DNA from: Oceanispirochaeta sp. | GTDB lineage: Bacteria > Spirochaetota > Spirochaetia > DSM-2461 | Length of the DNA: 64,000 nucleotides | Assembly (NCBI GenBank): GCA_963666275.2 | Contig: CAXXOA010000002.1 | Coordinates: 992,001-1,056,000, forward strand | Direction: 5' to 3' | Shown here: positions 60,212 through 64,000 of the stretch, piece after piece | How the letters are laid out: every line of letters starts with the position of its first letter | Position numbering within the stretch: position 1 is the stretch's first letter | Made by a program: the position numbers and the translations under genes | The notes under the pieces: generated by a model | What the model saw: the letters and a program-made list of their open reading frames with translations, nothing else | What the model was told of the DNA's origin: nothing | Databases searched by the model: none

Positions 60212-60845
60212 TCTGGATCTCCGTGGGATAGTATGTTTTAAGTCCGGGACGCCACTCCCGGTGCAGTGTGAGGTCTGTCGCCGGAGCGAAAGGATCGTAA
60301 TAGACAGGATAGTCTCTGTTCTCTTTCAGCTCATAGGAGTAAGGCTCTGTTTCCGGGGGAAGACTGAAACTGACAGGTTTCTCCTCGTCGTAGGTGACAT
60401 GGCAGAAAAAGCTGTAATCGTAAACCGCTATGGCAAGCTCTTTTTTCCGGAGATCCTCCAGCGGGATTGTAAAGCTGTAAATCATGGTTTCATCGTCTTT
60501 GTTCCATACCTGGAAATCCTGAACCTGCTCCGGGCTGAAGCGCTGGTCCTCCACCCTGAAAAAGACAAAGTAATTGTATTTTTTCAGATTGCTGAAGGCA
60601 TACTGAAAGACCCTTTCTGTTTCAGCAGGATCGAACTGTCCGTTCTTGTCCTCATCAAAATTGAAATTCACATCTGCACTGAAAAATTTATCAAACTCCC
60701 ACTCCAGAGTGATTGCAGTGATCCTGTTCTCACTTCCCGATACTGTGCATCTGCTTGTGAGCATCATATGGGGATGGGCACTGAGGAATGCCGGGGGAAA
60801 GAAAAATATAGCCAGAAATATAAAAATTATTTTCTGTGGTTTCAA
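60198..60845 (-). CDS. DUF1007 periplasmic metal-binding protein
   Basis: Signal peptide followed by HPH; W.FD.FFS; YD.SFF; adjacent to the Ni/Co transporter. Confidence 0.85.
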   Translation of the reverse strand: MKPQKIIFIFLAIFFFPPAFLSAHPHMMLTSRCTVSGSENRITAITLEWEFDKFFSADVNFNFDEDKNGQFDPAETERVFQYAFSNLKKYNYFVFFRVEDQRFSPEQVQDFQVWNKDDETMIYSFTIPLEDLRKKELAIAVYDYSFFCHVTYDEEKPVSFSLPPETEPYSYELKENRDYPVYYDPFAPATDLTLHREWRPGLKTYYPTEIQIAIP

Positions 60846-61129
60846 AGGAGACTCCCTCTATACGTGGTACGTTATATTCAGACCCTGTTATTATATACAG
60901 GATTTTCCGGGAAGTCTTTACCCTGAAATAGAGGAGCAAACGGGCGGTTTCTGTAATAAAGCCCTCTGTTCAATATGTTTTTAATTTATGAAAAACAAAA
61001 AAAGTACGATATAATGAATGGGTAGTAACAAAGTTTTGAGTTTCAGAGTGCAGGTCTCATCCTGAGCTTTGCTTCCCGATAGTCAACATTTTTGTCACTT
61101 GAAGTATATTTTCCAAGGAGCTGCAATTT

Positions 61130-62179
61130 ATGGATCAACAGATAAAAGAATGGATAAGCAATGTTCCCAAGTCTGAGATCCACCTGCATCTGGAAGCTGT
61201 CGTTAAGATTTCATCCTACATGAAGCTTAATGAGAAATATAATATAGATGATACTTTAAGAACCGTTGAGGATTACAAAAAACAGTTATCTTTCAAAGAT
61301 CTCAAAGATATGATCAACTTTTTTCTTCACCTCCAGACTTTTTTCAGAGAGGAAGAAGACTACGCATATATGGCCCGGGATGTAGAGGACTATGCCCTGG
61401 ATAACAATATCCGCTATATGGAAGTCTATTTCTCCCCTTCGAAAATTATTCAGGCCGGATTTGTGGATATTCACGCTGTATTCAGGCTTCTGGATAAAAC
61501 CTTTCAGCAGATAAAAGAGAAACACGGCATAGAAACAAAAGTGATTGTCGATGTCTCCCGTTCTTTCGGACCGGCAAATGCCATGCAGAATCTGAATATC
61601 CTGATGGACTACCTGAAAGGAGCGGAGGATACCTGCTTTATAGGGATCGGCCTGGGCGGTGCGGAATCCGGCAACAGCTGCCTTGAGTATAAGGACGTTT
61701 TCTCCCTGGCCCAGAAGAATCATCTTCACACAGTGGCCCATGCGGGAGAAGAGGTGGAATCCAAATCCATCTGGGACGCTATAGACGGAATCGGCGCGGA
61801 AAGGATCGGTCATGGTACCAGTGCCATGTTTGACGAGGAGCTTATGGCCTACCTGGAGAAAAGCGGAACTCCTCTTGAAATCTGTCCAGCCAGTAATATT
61901 GTAACAAAGAAGTATGTCAGCCGGATGGAAGATCATCCTATCCGGAAGTTCTTCGACAGAGGCATCAATGTCACTCTCAATACAGACGATCCCATTCTCT
62001 TCGATATAGACCTGAACACAGAGTACTACAACCTCTACAGCAAACTGAACTTTTCCCAGGAGGAACTCCTGAAGGTTGTCAGAAATACCTGGGAGAGTAC
62101 ATTCCTCAGCAGGGAAGAAAAAGACAGATACTGGGCTCAGGTCGAGAAAGCTGTCTATCAGGGAAAAAAAGAGAAATAG
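61130..62179 (+). CDS. add: Adenosine deaminase
   Basis: PKSEIHLHLE, AHAGE, RIGHG, EICPASN, LNTDDP. Confidence 0.9.
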   Translation: MDQQIKEWISNVPKSEIHLHLEAVVKISSYMKLNEKYNIDDTLRTVEDYKKQLSFKDLKDMINFFLHLQTFFREEEDYAYMARDVEDYALDNNIRYMEVYFSPSKIIQAGFVDIHAVFRLLDKTFQQIKEKHGIETKVIVDVSRSFGPANAMQNLNILMDYLKGAEDTCFIGIGLGGAESGNSCLEYKDVFSLAQKNHLHTVAHAGEEVESKSIWDAIDGIGAERIGHGTSAMFDEELMAYLEKSGTPLEICPASNIVTKKYVSRMEDHPIRKFFDRGINVTLNTDDPILFDIDLNTEYYNLYSKLNFSQEELLKVVRNTWESTFLSREEKDRYWAQVEKAVYQGKKEK

Positions 62180-62235
62180 CTCCGTCTCCTGCCCGGACTG
62201 TTCAGAACCCAATCCCTCTGATATTCTGATTAACC

Positions 62236-63423
62236 ATGAAAACCGTGGAACAGATCAATGATAAAATCACCTCCGGAAAGGCTGTGGTCCTGACAGCCGA
62301 GGAAGTGATCGATTATGTAGATAAAAAAGGCCTGGAAGCGGCGGCCAGAGAGGTGGATGTTGTCACCACAGCAACCTTCGGCCCCATGTGCTCTTCAGGG
62401 TGTTTTCTGAACTTCGGCCACAGCAAACCGAAAATCCGCATTACAGAAGCCTGGCTGGATGACGTGCTCGCCTATTCGGGTGTCGCTGCTGTGGATCTCT
62501 ATCTGGGAGCTACCCAGCTCAGAGCCAATGATCCCGCCAATATCGAGTACCCCGGTGATTTCAAATACGGCGGGGGCCATGTGATTGAGAAACTGGTAGC
62601 GGGAGAAGAGGTGCAGCTCTTTGCCCTGTCCTATGGTACCGATGACTATCCCCGGAGAGAGCTGCGGACAAAAATCACCATAGACGATCTCAATCAGGCT
62701 GTCATGGTGAATCCCCGAAACTGCTATCAGAACTATAATGTTGCCATCAATACTTCGGACAGAGCGATCCATACCTATCTGGGATACCTGAAGCCCCATA
62801 TGAAGAACTGCGGCTATTCCAGCGCCGGACAGCTGTCTCCCCTTTTGAATGATCCCTATTACAGAACCATCGGAGTGGGCACCCGGGTCTGGCTGGCAGG
62901 CGCTCAGGGACATGTCTACTCCGAAGGAACCCAGCATGCCTCGGCCTGTGAACGGGGAGTCCTGGGGGTTCCCTCCGAGGGGGCGGGCACCCTGGCCCTG
63001 ACAGGAGATATGAAACAGATGCGCCCCGAATTCGTCCGGGGAGTCAGTATAAAAGGCTACGGAGTCTCACTCTCCCTGGGTGTGGGAATACCCATTCCCG
63101 TTCTGGATGAACAGATGCTCCTGCAGACCACGATCCGGGACAGGGATATCATGGCCCAGGTCATAGACTATTCAACAGACTATCCCGAACGGAACGGAAA
63201 GATTGTAGGGAATGTGAGTTATGAAGAACTGAAGTCCGGGCAGATAGAGCTGAATGGAAAAAAAGTGGAAGCCGGCGGGATGTCCTCCTATGGGGGGGCA
63301 AGAAAAATCGCGGCGATCCTGCAGGATGAAATAAAACGGGGGGATTTTACCATTACCGCGCCCATTGCGCCTCTGCCTGTGGAAAAGTCCATGAACCCAA
63401 TGAGAGAAGGGGAGTTGAGGTAA
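62236..63423 (+). CDS. Homocysteine biosynthesis protein (COG1900, aspartate semialdehyde sulfurtransferase-like)
   Basis: VDVVTTATFGPMCSSG, YGGGHVI, PRN.YQNY, GQLSPL.NDP, G.GIPIPV. Confidence 0.85.
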   Translation: MKTVEQINDKITSGKAVVLTAEEVIDYVDKKGLEAAAREVDVVTTATFGPMCSSGCFLNFGHSKPKIRITEAWLDDVLAYSGVAAVDLYLGATQLRANDPANIEYPGDFKYGGGHVIEKLVAGEEVQLFALSYGTDDYPRRELRTKITIDDLNQAVMVNPRNCYQNYNVAINTSDRAIHTYLGYLKPHMKNCGYSSAGQLSPLLNDPYYRTIGVGTRVWLAGAQGHVYSEGTQHASACERGVLGVPSEGAGTLALTGDMKQMRPEFVRGVSIKGYGVSLSLGVGIPIPVLDEQMLLQTTIRDRDIMAQVIDYSTDYPERNGKIVGNVSYEELKSGQIELNGKKVEAGGMSSYGGARKIAAILQDEIKRGDFTITAPIAPLPVEKSMNPMREGELR

Positions 63424-63851
63424 TGAGAGATACAACCGGAAAAGTGACAAAAAAGCTTCTCCTCTACTTTCCCGAATGTGAGACGGAAAAACCCATTGTC
63501 TATCATCTTGTAAAAGACTATGACCTCGTCATCAATATCTTCCGGGCCCGGGTCACTCCCGACGACGAGGGATTCCTTGTTCTGGATGTCACCGGGACGG
63601 AAGAGAATATCCGGAAGGGGATCCGCTTTATCGAAGAGCTGGATATCAGGATCAGCGAGACCCAGAAGGGAGTCCGCTGGGATCAGGAAAAATGTGTTCA
63701 GTGCGGAAGCTGCGTGCCCCACTGTCCCACAAAGGCTCTGAATATATCCGATCGCTCCACGATGGAGGTTCTGTTCAATCCCCAGGAGTGCATTGAGTGC
63801 CTCAGCTGCCTGAAGGTCTGTCCCTATGGGGCGGTGTCTTCCCTGTTCTGA
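63423..63851 (+). CDS. NIL domain plus 2x[4Fe-4S] ferredoxin
   Basis: PIVYHLVKDYDL..NI; CVQCGSC..CP and CIECLSC..CP. Confidence 0.88.
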   Translation: MRDTTGKVTKKLLLYFPECETEKPIVYHLVKDYDLVINIFRARVTPDDEGFLVLDVTGTEENIRKGIRFIEELDIRISETQKGVRWDQEKCVQCGSCVPHCPTKALNISDRSTMEVLFNPQECIECLSCLKVCPYGAVSSLF

Positions 63852-63869
63852 TCCCCCGGAGGCATTCCA

Positions 63870-64000
63870 TTGAAAAGAGTGATCCGGGAATTTCACTACA
63901 GGGACGCCCACTTTCATATTCATACAGAGGCCTGGGAAAAGGTGACTTCCTCCATCATTGAGGAGCGGCGGAAACTGGAGTCTTTTATCCGCCGGTTTCC
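63870..64000 (+). CDS. Probable UPF0280/ApbE-like protein, N-terminal part only
   Basis: TTG start after GGAGG; MKRVIREFHYRDAHFHIHTEAWEKVTSSIIEERRKLESFIRRF, open to the window end; usual neighbour of COG1900. Confidence 0.6.
   Translation, partial: MKRVIREFHYRDAHFHIHTEAWEKVTSSIIEERRKLESFIRRF

Overview
A gene-dense 64-kb bacterial chromosomal segment, most likely from an anaerobic free-living spirochaete. That taxonomy is inferred from gene content and lipoprotein style, not demonstrated. From left to right it holds: two paralogous lipoproteins coupled to two GT-B glycosyltransferase-like paralogs plus a remnant third copy; an orphan sugar-binding protein; an ECF sigma / membrane anti-sigma / secreted caspase-family operon with three beta-barrel-like genes; two Cache-domain chemoreceptors around hpt; a purine permease; leuCD; a RAYT-like tyrosine transposase bounded by 13-bp inverted repeats; an Orp-like NifX/Mrp/MinD-Fe-S cluster with a DUF134 regulator; lon; a 55-bp REP-like array; feoAB; a GGDEF-EAL protein; an atypical agmatinase-family protein; LacI-ribokinase; kbl-tdh; a MarR-hgcA-hgcB mercury methylation operon; a GH1 beta-glucosidase; three CsgG-like proteins; a ClC protein lacking the gating glutamate; an F-type ATP synthase operon; a Ni/Co transporter; add; and an archaeal-type homocysteine synthesis module. 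The most unusual feature is the ATP synthase alpha subunit, which carries a ~220-aa C-terminal extension ending in a PTS EIIA-like domain with its phospho-His motif, while the epsilon subunit lacks its C-terminal inhibitory helices. No rRNA, tRNA, CRISPR array or reverse transcriptase was seen. All family calls come from motif recognition by eye, with no database searches.
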